Positions 36,834-46,692 of a DNA stretch of 64,000 nt are shown here, piece by piece; position 1 is the first letter of the stretch, and the number at the start of each line of letters is the position of its first letter. The stretch is taken from contig OZ244207.1 of assembly GCA_965216875.1 (NCBI GenBank), positions 4,672,001 to 4,736,000 on the forward strand, read 5' to 3'. Source of the DNA: Rubripirellula sp. (GTDB lineage: Bacteria > Planctomycetota > Planctomycetia > Pirellulales > Pirellulaceae). A model generated the notes under the pieces. That model saw nothing but the letters and a program-made list of their open reading frames with translations. It was not told the DNA's origin and made no database searches. A program made the translations under genes and the position numbers.

Positions 36834-39167
36834 CTAGAAATCGCGGGTCGAAAAGTAGACGCATCCGATCGTCAACATCACCACGATGAATCCGGCGCAG
36901 CTCAGGACCGGTTTGACGACCTCATAGCGGTAGGTGTCTTCTTCTTCGGGTCCCTGGCCAATGGAGATCGATGACTTGCCGCTGACCATAGCGGCTACGA
37001 TTTCACCCAGGCGTCCCGTCTGGGGAACGACCATTCGGATTGGCGAGACCACGTAGGCATCGACTGCACGCCAACCACTGATCTCGGGTCGAATCGATTG
37101 CACAACCTCCCACGACTGAACGTCAAGAACGTCGATCTGATCGATGTCGTGAACCAGCACAAGTTCGCCAGCCTCGAAACTGATTGATTCCACGTCGCCA
37201 AACGACAGTTGCTTGACCATCTTGGCTTGAGCCGCGTCGACAACGCTGCAATACCCGTCATCAGTGACGACGGCAAATTTAGAGTCACCCAAACTCGCGG
37301 CCTGGCGAACAACCAACTTGGAATCAATTTCGATTTCGGCCAATGGTTCAAATGTGTTGGCATCGACGATGCGAATCGGTTCTTCCGCCCGTGCCACAAG
37401 GACCTTGCCATCACCGACCGCCATTGCAACTGCGACAGATCCGTCACCCTCGAGGAAGGTCTCTGCTGCGAGTTCCCACGGCCCCGATTTGCTCGCGGAC
37501 TTGGGACGCACCAACCGAGAAAGTTGACCGCGGCTAAAGACGATGATCGCATCACCCGTCGGATCGACTGCGATCGATCGCGGTGGTGCAATTGAAACCT
37601 CTTTGGGCGAGATCGTTTCGAAGCCTTCGGTAGAGGATCCAATCATGCTGGACAATTTGCCGATCCAGCTCGCTGTCGTCTCTTCCGACTTTGCTTGTTG
37701 ATCCTCTTCGGTGTCGTCCTCGCCTTTCTTGACTTCAACGCTTGCCGCTTCCAAAACGCGTTGGGTGTCGGTCATTGCCAGCAGCCCGGAATTCATGGCC
37801 AGCACACCATCGTCACCCACTTTGTACAAGCGAGTGGTCGAGGTTGGCAGTCGCAGACTCGGCTCGGCCTCCCAGCTACCGACCTCATAGACCTGGAGGT
37901 CGAGTGAGCCGGAACCGTAAGGATTGATGCGCCCGCCACGAACACGCGCGGTGGCAAAGTGCTTCGGATCGAGCTTCACAGGTGGAATCACAAGATCAAA
38001 GGTCAGTACATTTCCTTCTTCGACCTCGGCCCATGTATTGGTTTTGGCATCGTAGCCAACGACGCCGCCTCCGCGTGTCGAACCGACGAATGTTCCGTCG
38101 TACCGAGTCACTTGTTTGATCGCAACCGGCCGCGTCACAAAGGCGTCTGACAAGCCGCCCAAGAAGCCGACGACAAAACAGATCAATCCAAAGATCATCG
38201 TCACGCCGGTCGCCATGATTGCCGATTTCCATCGCAAACCGACAACCGCCGAGACGCTGTAGAAAACGGCAAACAGGAACACCGCGACCGGAATACACCA
38301 CAACAATCGTGGATTCCATACTCCCAAACGAAAGCCAATGATCAGGTAAAGACCAATGATCAACTGCGTCACGCAAAGGGTCATGAAAGCGCAACCCCCA
38401 ACGAACTTACTCAGGAAGAGCAGACTCCTGGAAACCGGCTTGGACAGCAGCAGGTGCAACGAACCGGGCTGCAGCATGTCCGGTATCAAATGGGAGGTCA
38501 CAAGAATGCCGGCAAGCACCAAAATGAAACCGAGCAACCAGTCGACGATAAAGGGCACGACCATCTGGTTGATCATGTCCACAAAGCGGGCCTCGTCGAC
38601 CGAGGCACGATGCGGAAAATCCATCCCGAAATAGTTCATGATGATCGTTCGTGGCGAACGAGCACCAAACACCCCAGGCAAGGCCACCTCGATCCTCAGA
38701 CGAGCACGCCGCCGCTTAAGCGAGTCGGTGAGTTGATCGTCGGGCGTGTCATCGAGCTCACGAAGTTCTTTTAGCCGGATCGTTCCCCGCCACGCTTCTG
38801 CGTCGTACCAACTTTCATCGCCAAGGCATTCGTTCAATCCGTCGGCGAGAATACTCAGGCGAATCCGAACTTCTTCGCTTCCGACGCGGCGCAATTGGAC
38901 CTGCAAGTCCTCTGGCATTGCCGCGGCAATCCGGCCAATCGGCTTCGGCTGCTCGGTCGGGTCCACAAGGCCGCGTGCCAACAACGCCTTGAGCTGGGTG
39001 CCGTTGTGAAAGTCACCAACGCGGAATTCGGTCGTGTAGTCCTCGCGGTAACCAATGGGCGCCAGCGCAGCCAGCAACAACCAGATCGCGACGAGCGCTA
39101 GCCACAATACTCGAGAGGCGAGTGCCGCACGAAAGGAATCGGCCAGTATTGCAAGGTAGGGACGCAT
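36834..39167 (-). CDS. ABC-2 type transporter permease with large soluble domains
   Basis: IPDMLQPGSLHLLLSKPVSR..LSKFVGG, multiple TMs and C-terminal F..RDF; coupled to the ATPase. Confidence 0.85.
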   Translation of the reverse strand: MRPYLAILADSFRAALASRVLWLALVAIWLLLAALAPIGYREDYTTEFRVGDFHNGTQLKALLARGLVDPTEQPKPIGRIAAAMPEDLQVQLRRVGSEEVRIRLSILADGLNECLGDESWYDAEAWRGTIRLKELRELDDTPDDQLTDSLKRRRARLRIEVALPGVFGARSPRTIIMNYFGMDFPHRASVDEARFVDMINQMVVPFIVDWLLGFILVLAGILVTSHLIPDMLQPGSLHLLLSKPVSRSLLFLSKFVGGCAFMTLCVTQLIIGLYLIIGFRLGVWNPRLLWCIPVAVFLFAVFYSVSAVVGLRWKSAIMATGVTMIFGLICFVVGFLGGLSDAFVTRPVAIKQVTRYDGTFVGSTRGGGVVGYDAKTNTWAEVEEGNVLTFDLVIPPVKLDPKHFATARVRGGRINPYGSGSLDLQVYEVGSWEAEPSLRLPTSTTRLYKVGDDGVLAMNSGLLAMTDTQRVLEAASVEVKKGEDDTEEDQQAKSEETTASWIGKLSSMIGSSTEGFETISPKEVSIAPPRSIAVDPTGDAIIVFSRGQLSRLVRPKSASKSGPWELAAETFLEGDGSVAVAMAVGDGKVLVARAEEPIRIVDANTFEPLAEIEIDSKLVVRQAASLGDSKFAVVTDDGYCSVVDAAQAKMVKQLSFGDVESISFEAGELVLVHDIDQIDVLDVQSWEVVQSIRPEISGWRAVDAYVVSPIRMVVPQTGRLGEIVAAMVSGKSSISIGQGPEEEDTYRYEVVKPVLSCAGFIVVMLTIGCVYFSTRDF

Positions 39168-40216
39168 CAGACCTCTGTCTCCGAAAAGAGGTCATCTTCA
39201 TCATTCCCGACAAGGTGCATGAACGTGTCTTCCAAGCTTGGGCGTTGGATTTCAATTTTCCGGATCGAAATCTTCGCTTCGCGTAAGAGGTCAACCACGC
39301 GATCGATGTCGCTTTGATTGGTCGCCTGCAAAGTGATTTGTTGGTCAAGTTGCTCCGTCGCGGCCACCTCGACGGTCAGGTCGCCGGCGTTTTCCTGGAG
39401 CAACGTTTGCACCGTTTTCTGATGATCTTCGTTGACATCCCCGTCAAGAAAAGTCGTATCGATCACGGTCTTGCGACTCACGCGATCAACCGCAAGCTCA
39501 TCCGGTTTGCCAGAACCACGCAAGCGTCCCTTGGCCAGAATCGCGACGCGCGTGCAGACCAGTTCGACTTCTTGAAGAATGTGACTGTTCAGGAAGATCG
39601 TTTTCCCCTCGTCACGAAGTCGCTCGATCACTGCGCGGACTTGTGAGCGTCCCACTGGATCCAATCCGTCAGTCGGTTCATCCAGGACAAGAAGATCCGG
39701 GTTGTGCATCAACGCTTGCGCCAATCCAAGTCGTTGTCGCATCCCCTTACTGAAACGCCTCACCGATTCCTTATCGCGATCAGCCAGTCCAACAAGCTCT
39801 AGCAATTCATCGCTTCGCTTGGCGATTTGCTGGCCCGTCATGTTGCTCAGTCGTCCGTAGAAGTTGAGCGCTGATCGAGCGGTATGGTGAGGGTCGATGC
39901 TAAGCGACTCAGGCAAATAGCCAACACGCGAGCGAGCTTCGGCGCTGCCGATCGGTGAATCGAACAGATAGGCTTCGCCGCCTGTCGGTTTAACGACACC
40001 GAGCAGGACTTTGATCAGTGTCGTTTTGCCGGCACCGTTGGGGCCGAGCAGTCCGAAGACTTCGCCGGCGGAGGCTTCAAGTGAAACACCGCGAAGCGCT
40101 TCGATGGTTTTGCGTTTGCGTATCGACCAACTGCGATACGTTTTGCGCACATCCCGCACGTCAACGATCGTTTTGGAAGATCCCCCAGCGGGCCCTGAAC
40201 GGTCCCCGGCATCCAT
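39167..40216 (-). CDS. ABC transporter ATP-binding protein
   Basis: GPNGAGKTT, FSKGMRQR and LDEPTDGLDP. Confidence 0.95.
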   Translation of the reverse strand: MDAGDRSGPAGGSSKTIVDVRDVRKTYRSWSIRKRKTIEALRGVSLEASAGEVFGLLGPNGAGKTTLIKVLLGVVKPTGGEAYLFDSPIGSAEARSRVGYLPESLSIDPHHTARSALNFYGRLSNMTGQQIAKRSDELLELVGLADRDKESVRRFSKGMRQRLGLAQALMHNPDLLVLDEPTDGLDPVGRSQVRAVIERLRDEGKTIFLNSHILQEVELVCTRVAILAKGRLRGSGKPDELAVDRVSRKTVIDTTFLDGDVNEDHQKTVQTLLQENAGDLTVEVAATEQLDQQITLQATNQSDIDRVVDLLREAKISIRKIEIQRPSLEDTFMHLVGNDEDDLFSETEV

Positions 40217-40238
40217 CAAGGTGGTAGTCAAAGTTGAT

Positions 40239-40685
40239 TCACGCGGCAAAGGAACGCACAAGCAAGTACGTTAACCATACGATGGTGACCATCACCAAAC
40301 CGGCCGCGAGCCAACGGTGACCGGGGTGCCGCCAAGTCGGACGCAGCAATTCTCTCTCGTAGCGGTGACGGTAGCGTTCTCGTTCGTGTTCCGACTCGAA
40401 CACGCGGTCTTCGACCAATTCAAGCAATCCGAATTGGACAGAATACTCGACCACTCCGAAAACGCTTTGGCGACGACCTTGTGTATCGGCACCAATGCCT
40501 TCAAAGTACCACAACTGGCTGCCAAACGCCTGATCGGTTTCCGCCTGGTCATCAATGCATCGAAGCTGGACCACGTCACTGCGGTCTTCGCAAAAGCGTG
40601 CACGCAACATCGCGCGGTTGCAATCCAACCGAACTTGGCGGATCGTCCGTTCTGAATATCGTCGTGCGCGAGTCTCGGCACTCAT
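40239..40685 (-). CDS. Hypothetical protein with C-terminal TM helix
   Basis: 148-aa ORF co-oriented with the ABC genes, with a hydrophobic C-terminus. Confidence 0.6.
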   Translation of the reverse strand: MSAETRARRYSERTIRQVRLDCNRAMLRARFCEDRSDVVQLRCIDDQAETDQAFGSQLWYFEGIGADTQGRRQSVFGVVEYSVQFGLLELVEDRVFESEHERERYRHRYERELLRPTWRHPGHRWLAAGLVMVTIVWLTYLLVRSFAA

Positions 40686-40912
40686 CGTGCGTGCTCCAAC
40701 TGATCCGCCTAGGGAATCGAAACTACCATTGTTTTATTATTGCGGGTCGGCAACGACGCGTCATCGCCGGAACCGACGATTTTTGCATTCGGTTTGCCGA
40801 ATAAAATCCCGACGATCGCGGGGGGCGAGACAATTTTTAACCTCTACAATCGCTCTACCAGCCTTTCCAATCTCGCCTGTCCTGCCCCTCTCGAGCCGAC
40901 TCTCCTAACCTC

Positions 40913-41821
40913 GTGTCCGACCTCCCGCTTCATCTCTTGTTCCCACTTCTGGCAAGTTTGCTGTTTGTCAGCGGGCTGATCTTCATCAAGCGAACCAGCG
41001 AAGCAGGCGTCAATCCTTGGACCGTGACCTTCATCGCCAACCAATGGGCAGCGATTCTCTTCACCTTCGTTTGGTTTTCCGGCGGCCAAGTCCCCTCGCT
41101 CACACTGCTGTGGCAGCCAGCTCTGATTGCGATCCTCTACATTCTTGGTCAAATCTTTACCTTCTCGGCCATTCGCTATGGTGATGTTTCGGTGGCGACA
41201 CCGGTCTTCGGCATCAAAGTTGTCCTGGTCGCTTTTCTTCTAGCGGTCGGTTTCAGCGTCAAATTGCCGCCCGGAATCTGGGCCGGCGCTTCGATGGCAA
41301 CGGTCGGAATTGCGTTGGTGCAGTGGAATCCATCGGCATCGTCGACCGTGCGAGAGAAAAAGTCGATGGTGCTGGCGCTTGTCTTCGCCGTACTTGCCGC
41401 TTCGTCCTTTGCGACGTTTGATGTCGTTGTCCAGCAGTTTTCGCCCCGCTGGGGCGCGGGGCGTCTCTTGCCGATTTCGTATTGGATGGTCGCCTTCCTG
41501 TCGCTCGGGTTCCTGCCGTGGTTCCAGCCTCAGTATCTGAAATCGAGCTCAACGCGGCTGCCGCTGCTCATCGGAACACTTCTGATTGGCATGCAAGCGA
41601 TCTGCATCGTCTACACCGTGGCGACCTACGGCGACGCCGCTCGGGTCAACGTCGTCTATGCGATGCGGGGCATGTGGGGAGTCCTGCTTGCCTATTTGGC
41701 CGCAAAGCGATGGGGCGGGGTCGAAGCTCATTTGCCGCGCCGAGTTCTTGTTGCTCGCTTCATGGGCGCCGGTCTGCTCACCGCCGCGGTCGTCCTGATC
41801 ATCGTCTCTGGCACGGAATAG
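40913..41821 (+). CDS. DMT/EamA-family transporter
   Basis: About 10 TM segments in two repeats; GDVSVATPV motif. Confidence 0.85.
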   Translation: MSDLPLHLLFPLLASLLFVSGLIFIKRTSEAGVNPWTVTFIANQWAAILFTFVWFSGGQVPSLTLLWQPALIAILYILGQIFTFSAIRYGDVSVATPVFGIKVVLVAFLLAVGFSVKLPPGIWAGASMATVGIALVQWNPSASSTVREKKSMVLALVFAVLAASSFATFDVVVQQFSPRWGAGRLLPISYWMVAFLSLGFLPWFQPQYLKSSSTRLPLLIGTLLIGMQAICIVYTVATYGDAARVNVVYAMRGMWGVLLAYLAAKRWGGVEAHLPRRVLVARFMGAGLLTAAVVLIIVSGTE

Positions 41822-41969
41822 CGTTTGGACGCGCGATTGGACGAGGAGGCAACTTTCCTTTCCCGCTCGCTCCGACGACAATTGAATTCGGCTTCCTCGC
41901 CCAAGAGTCCAACATCCACGGCAAGATACCCGGCATCCACGAAAAGACGCCCAGCGAAAAAGGTAGTTC

Positions 41970-42905
41970 ATGTTAGAACGTCGATCATTGCGCGCCCCGA
42001 TCACACTAGGCGTGGTGATGATCGTGCTGGTCGTGATCCTCGCTGCAGTCTGGATCTACGGCAATCTCAAGGGAGCGATCTCCGACCCCGATTCCTCAGC
42101 CGTGTTCTGGGTCATCCTGGCCACAGGAACGATTTTGTTGGCCGGCGTGCTTGCCGGCGTGATCGCCTACCTGACGTTGACGGTCAAGGCGTTCAATCTC
42201 AATCGCCGACAATCCAATTTCATCGATTCGGTAACACATGAACTGAAGAGCCCCATCGCGTCGCTCAAGCTTTACCTGCAGACAATGTCGCGTCATTCGG
42301 TCGATCAACAACAACAGCAGGACTTTCACCGTTTCATGCTCGAAGATGTCGAGCGACTCGATTCCTTGATCAACCATTTGCTTGACGCCGCGAGAATCGA
42401 GCGGGGCGTCGAGTCGGCCGAAGTCGAACACATCCGGCTTGATGAATTGTTGGCCCAATGTGGCGTTGCCACCTGCATGCGATACCAGCTGAGCAAAGAA
42501 ACGGTTCGCGTCGATTCGCCTGAGGTCACGATCAATAGCCAACTGGTCCAGATCGAGATCCTGTTCCGCAATTTGATCGACAACGCGGTCAAGTACGGTG
42601 GCGAGCCACCCGATGTCGAGATTCGCGTTGTGCCTGACGAATCCGGAAATGTCCAGGTCTCGATCATCGACAACGGGCCTGGCATTCCGGTCAACCAACG
42701 TCGCAAAGTGTTCGGCCGCTTCGTTCGTTTGGGCAATGAGCTTGAACGAAGCACGCCGGGAACGGGACTGGGACTCTACCTCGTTCGCAACGTCACCAAA
42801 GCGATCGGCGGTACCATCCGAGTCATCGACCGCGACAATAAGTCTGGGACTGAATTCCAAGTCACGCTGCCGGGCGTCGTTCCCCAGTTGGTCCCTGAGG
42901 GATAA
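41970..42905 (+). CDS. Sensor histidine kinase
   Basis: 2 TMs, THELKSP H-box, NLIDNAVKY, DNGPGI and GTGLGL. Confidence 0.95.
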   Translation: MLERRSLRAPITLGVVMIVLVVILAAVWIYGNLKGAISDPDSSAVFWVILATGTILLAGVLAGVIAYLTLTVKAFNLNRRQSNFIDSVTHELKSPIASLKLYLQTMSRHSVDQQQQQDFHRFMLEDVERLDSLINHLLDAARIERGVESAEVEHIRLDELLAQCGVATCMRYQLSKETVRVDSPEVTINSQLVQIEILFRNLIDNAVKYGGEPPDVEIRVVPDESGNVQVSIIDNGPGIPVNQRRKVFGRFVRLGNELERSTPGTGLGLYLVRNVTKAIGGTIRVIDRDNKSGTEFQVTLPGVVPQLVPEG

Positions 42906-42959
42906 ATTGCAGGTAGCAACATGTTCTGTTCACACTAACGGCTCAAGACCAAACCTCCC

Positions 42960-43694
42960 ATGCGTCCACACATCCTTGTTGTCGAAGATGAGAAGCATCT
43001 CGGGGTCGGTATCAAGTACAACCTGGAAGCGGAAAATTATCGCGTCACCTTGGTCGAGGATGGACCGACCGCACTGCGATTGGTCGACAATGCAAGTAGC
43101 GGCATCGACCTGATCATTCTCGATCTAATGCTTCCCGGAATGAGTGGTTACTCGGTTTGCGAAACCATTCGCGATGCCGGCATGATCGTCCCCATCTTGA
43201 TGCTTTCGGCACGAACGTTGGCCGAGGACCGAACGCGCGGATTTGATGTTGGCGCCAACCAATACATGGCCAAACCCTTCGAATTGGACGAACTGTTAAG
43301 CCGTGTCAAGAATCTGCTGCACGCCAACGGCACCAAGGCGGTTTCCTCCGCCCCCAAGCGGGTTCGTGAAAGTCTTGCCGAAGTCGAATTTGGCAATGTG
43401 AAAGCAAACTTCGAATCACACCAGGTTTGGGTCAACGGCGAATCGGTACGCATGACGCCCAAAGAATTGAAGCTGCTGAAGTACTTTGTCGAAAACCCCG
43501 ATCGCGTGATCAATCGGAACGAATTGCTGACCGAAGTCTGGGAGATCTCTGGAAACCTGCAAACCCGTGCCGTTGATCAATTCATCGCCCGGCTGCGAAA
43601 GATTATCGAACCCGACAGCGCAGCGCCGATTCATTTGTTGACGATTCGCGACGCAGGCTATCGGTTTGTTTTGTCGCCAGAAGAAGAAGCGTAG
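42960..43694 (+). CDS. OmpR-family response regulator
   Basis: LVVEDE, LDLMLPG, KPF and a wHTH domain (TRAVDQFIARLRK..IRDAGYRF). Confidence 0.95.
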   Translation: MRPHILVVEDEKHLGVGIKYNLEAENYRVTLVEDGPTALRLVDNASSGIDLIILDLMLPGMSGYSVCETIRDAGMIVPILMLSARTLAEDRTRGFDVGANQYMAKPFELDELLSRVKNLLHANGTKAVSSAPKRVRESLAEVEFGNVKANFESHQVWVNGESVRMTPKELKLLKYFVENPDRVINRNELLTEVWEISGNLQTRAVDQFIARLRKIIEPDSAAPIHLLTIRDAGYRFVLSPEEEA

Positions 43695-43745
43695 ACGCGG
43701 ATTGTTTTGGCGTGTGCAAACACACGCGACATTCGGTCGGCGCAT

Positions 43746-43885
43746 AAAAAAAGCTCCCGGAAAGTACGTTGTCCTAGGGGGGCGGAGGACGACGCGCTTT
43801 GAATTCCGGGAGCCGGTGGTTTGGGGCTCGACCTGGTGAAAGCTTCCTTGCTCTCTCAAGTCGAACACACAATTTTGATGTGTCT
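43746..43885 (-). ncRNA. Candidate small RNA ending in a long terminator-like hairpin
   Basis: On the minus strand: TTGACA (43920-43915), 18 nt, GATAAG (43896-43891), small hairpins, then a GCTCCCGGAA/TTCCGGGAGC stem enclosing a C-rich-loop hairpin, and T7. Confidence 0.4.
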
Positions 43886-44140
43886 CTCTGCTTATCCGCA
43901 TTAACACGTCCGTGTGTCAACAGCGACTAAGGTTGTCCGCAGCAAATGGAAAAAATGCCAGTGCAGGACCGAGACAATCTCAACTGCCTTGTTCGCCGAA
44001 CGCTTTCACGTCCAACGATGGGCGGAGAATAGGGGGTTGGTTTTGACCCGGTCAAGGCGGATTCAATCGAAGATTAAGAATTCGAATAAAAACCGGGTTT
44101 CACGCAAATTCACCAACCCAATGGGAGCGTAGAAGGCGTG

Positions 44141-45634
44141 CTATGCGGAAACGGTTTGACCGTGCAATCGAATCGGTTCCGTTCCTTCCTCGGCAGCTTG
44201 CGCGGCGAGTTCGGTAACGCGTGAAACAACGTCTTCGAATTCTTCTTCTGCACTTGTTGGGGCCAGTCCAATGGTGACCGCGGTGTCGCTTTCCGCACCG
44301 CCAAGCTGAATCGCCGATGCCGATCGACAGATTTGTTGGGCGCGTTGCTGCGCCGTTTCTTGGTCAATGCTTGGCATGCAGATAAGCAGTGTTGCATCGT
44401 CTTCGCAGCCAATGCGATCGATCGAACGCATCGTTGCTCGAACGACTTGCAACAACGACCGCATCGCACCCTTGTCGTGTGATCCACTACGAACGGCCAT
44501 CACAAACATACTCATGTCCGGCGTCTTAGCCTGCATGTCGGTGAAAGCATCTCCGAGCGATCCACGATCGGGAAGGTAAGCAAAGGCGCCGGGATCTGCC
44601 TTTTTTGGCTCGACGTTTTCCGCCGGTTGAACCGGTGGTGGCTCGTCGACCGGAGCGGGTTCGGGCGGAGCCGCGGCCACTGGCTCGGCAGCCGGGCCAG
44701 CCAACGCTTCTTCTTCGGTCAACTCAATTTTGACGGGGTGCTCGCCGTCCATCCAGTGACCGCAATTCCTGCCAACTTCCTTGGACCGATAAAGTGCATC
44801 GTCGGCTCGTTGCAGCCATTTTTCGATCGATTCGCCTTCCTCCAACTCGGCCACACCGGCACAGCAGGCGACACGCAATCGCTTGTCTTCGAACTGAATG
44901 TCTCGTTGTCCGATGGCGATACGTGCAGCTTCGACAAGGTCTTTGGCCTGGTCGACCGTATAACCGTCGAGGATCACGGCGAATTCTTCACCGCCAAATC
45001 GCGCAACCAAACCATACGATTGCAGGCGAGCCTGCATGACCTTGGCAACAACACGTAAGACTTCGTCACCAGCCCGGTGACCATACACGTCGTTGAATTG
45101 TTTGAAGTGGTCGACGTCGAGCAATGCCAGCGTGCCAGCCTTGCCAGCGCCCATCGAGTGCCGTTTTTGCAGATGTCCATCAAAAGCACCGCGGTTCGGA
45201 ACGCGTGTCAGCGCGTCGGTTTGTGCACGCCGCTCGGCCGATTCAATTTGAACCGCCTGCTCGTGAATCTGATCTTGCGCCGACTGCAGTTGTTGCTGCA
45301 TCGTTTCGTTCGCTTCAATCAACTGATTGACCGCAGTCAAAACGGCTTCGGGCGAAGCGGAGTTGTCGTCACACAATGTGTTATTGACGGCTTGGACGCG
45401 TGTTTGGTGAGCATCAACGTCGGCGGCCATGGCAACCGCATAGCTACGCAAACGCTCCGCCACTTCCGAGATTCGTTTCGGATTGACGTCTTCTTCGGTC
45501 TCTCGTCCTGCGATCGATGCCGCAGCGTTCTTGACCAATCGATGGTTCCCATGACCACCAATCGCATGCATGATCCAGCCGCAAACGAGTCCACCGCCGC
45601 CACAGCTCATCGCGATTGCCAAATCAAGCCACAT
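44141..45634 (-). CDS. Diguanylate cyclase (GGEEF) with degenerate second GGDEF-like domain
   Basis: N-terminal TM, coiled coil, DALT..NR, DVDHFK.FND.YGH.AGD and ARFGGEEF. Confidence 0.92.
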   Translation of the reverse strand: MWLDLAIAMSCGGGGLVCGWIMHAIGGHGNHRLVKNAAASIAGRETEEDVNPKRISEVAERLRSYAVAMAADVDAHQTRVQAVNNTLCDDNSASPEAVLTAVNQLIEANETMQQQLQSAQDQIHEQAVQIESAERRAQTDALTRVPNRGAFDGHLQKRHSMGAGKAGTLALLDVDHFKQFNDVYGHRAGDEVLRVVAKVMQARLQSYGLVARFGGEEFAVILDGYTVDQAKDLVEAARIAIGQRDIQFEDKRLRVACCAGVAELEEGESIEKWLQRADDALYRSKEVGRNCGHWMDGEHPVKIELTEEEALAGPAAEPVAAAPPEPAPVDEPPPVQPAENVEPKKADPGAFAYLPDRGSLGDAFTDMQAKTPDMSMFVMAVRSGSHDKGAMRSLLQVVRATMRSIDRIGCEDDATLLICMPSIDQETAQQRAQQICRSASAIQLGGAESDTAVTIGLAPTSAEEEFEDVVSRVTELAAQAAEEGTEPIRLHGQTVSA

Positions 45635-46099
45635 TTCTTGCTCACAACTCTTCAGTTAATCATCGGCAGACCCCACACAACGGGGACCCACTAGCGTCAT
45701 ATAGGTCACGTCAGAGTGTGCCGCCGCAAAAAACGTCGCTCGCATACCTCTGGTGTCGGTTTTTGACCACGCCAAAGCCGCTGAAACCGCGACAATCGAT
45801 ACAACCAAGCTCAACAAGCAGGGCGGAACACGCTTCCCATGCAATTAATGACAGCAATGCATTGACAGGCGGGCATGTTTGATAGTCCAGATCGCCGTGA
45901 CATGTGTTTTGCCTTTCCTTGACACTCACCCTGCGGCCATTCGCTTTGGTGTGCGTTTGACCTCACCGAAGTGGCTTGAGAGGAAGGCAAGAATCCACAT
46001 AGGCAAAAATCAACCAATGTGTGATATTGGATGCAGCGATGCGCTGTACAATCACGCGACGCCCCATCCTTCTTGAACAACAAGAACGGAGTACTACGG

Positions 46100-46333
46100 A
46101 TGATGAGCACAACGATGGAATCGACCTACCACCAGGATATCGCTCAAGCTGCCACGGAAGTCCTCGCCAACAGCCCGATCAATGAGCTGCGTCAATTGCG
46201 AGTCGACGGCACCGATGATGGAATCACTTTGAGCGGTCACGTTCGCAGCTTCTACCACAAACAAGTCGCTCAGGAATCGATTCGTTCGGTTGCCAACGGC
46301 GCACAAGTGGTGAACCTGGTCGCGGTCGGCTAG
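46100..46333 (+). CDS. Small BON-domain protein
   Basis: LRQLRVD....ITLSGHVRSFYHKQVAQE..R......VVN. Confidence 0.8.
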   Translation: MMSTTMESTYHQDIAQAATEVLANSPINELRQLRVDGTDDGITLSGHVRSFYHKQVAQESIRSVANGAQVVNLVAVG

Positions 46334-46366
46334 CGTGCCCAACGACGTAACGTACTCTTCACCTCC

Positions 46367-46686
46367 TCTTGGCCTGAGCCGAACGTGCTAGCGTCGGGTC
46401 CCTCTGAGATGCGCAAGACGAGGTAAGGCCAAGCCGCGCCGTTTGTAGTCCAGCCTTTAGGCGGTTGGTGAGAAGATTCCGGCTAAAGCTCGGTACTACG
46501 AACGAGCCACTCAACGAATCGCAGCCTTGCCGCATGGTACGCACTCTTGGCCTGAGCCGTACGCGCTAGCGTCGGGCCCCACAGAGATGCGCTAGACGGT
46601 TAAGGCCCGACGCTAGCGCGTTCGGCTCACGAGAGCGTAGCTACGATGAGTAAATGGCCTGGCCGCTTACGCGAACGCGGCTCAAA
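46367..46686. repeat. BIME-like REP cluster
   Basis: Duplicated CTCTTGGCCTGAGCCG..GCTAGCGTCGGG..GAGATGCGC..TAAGGCC (46367, 46544), an intact GGCCCGACGCTAGCGCGTTCGGCTCAC, and GTAGTCCAGCCTTTAGGCGG..CCGGCTAAAGCTCGGTACTAC. Confidence 0.85.
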
Positions 46687-46692
46687 GTGTTC

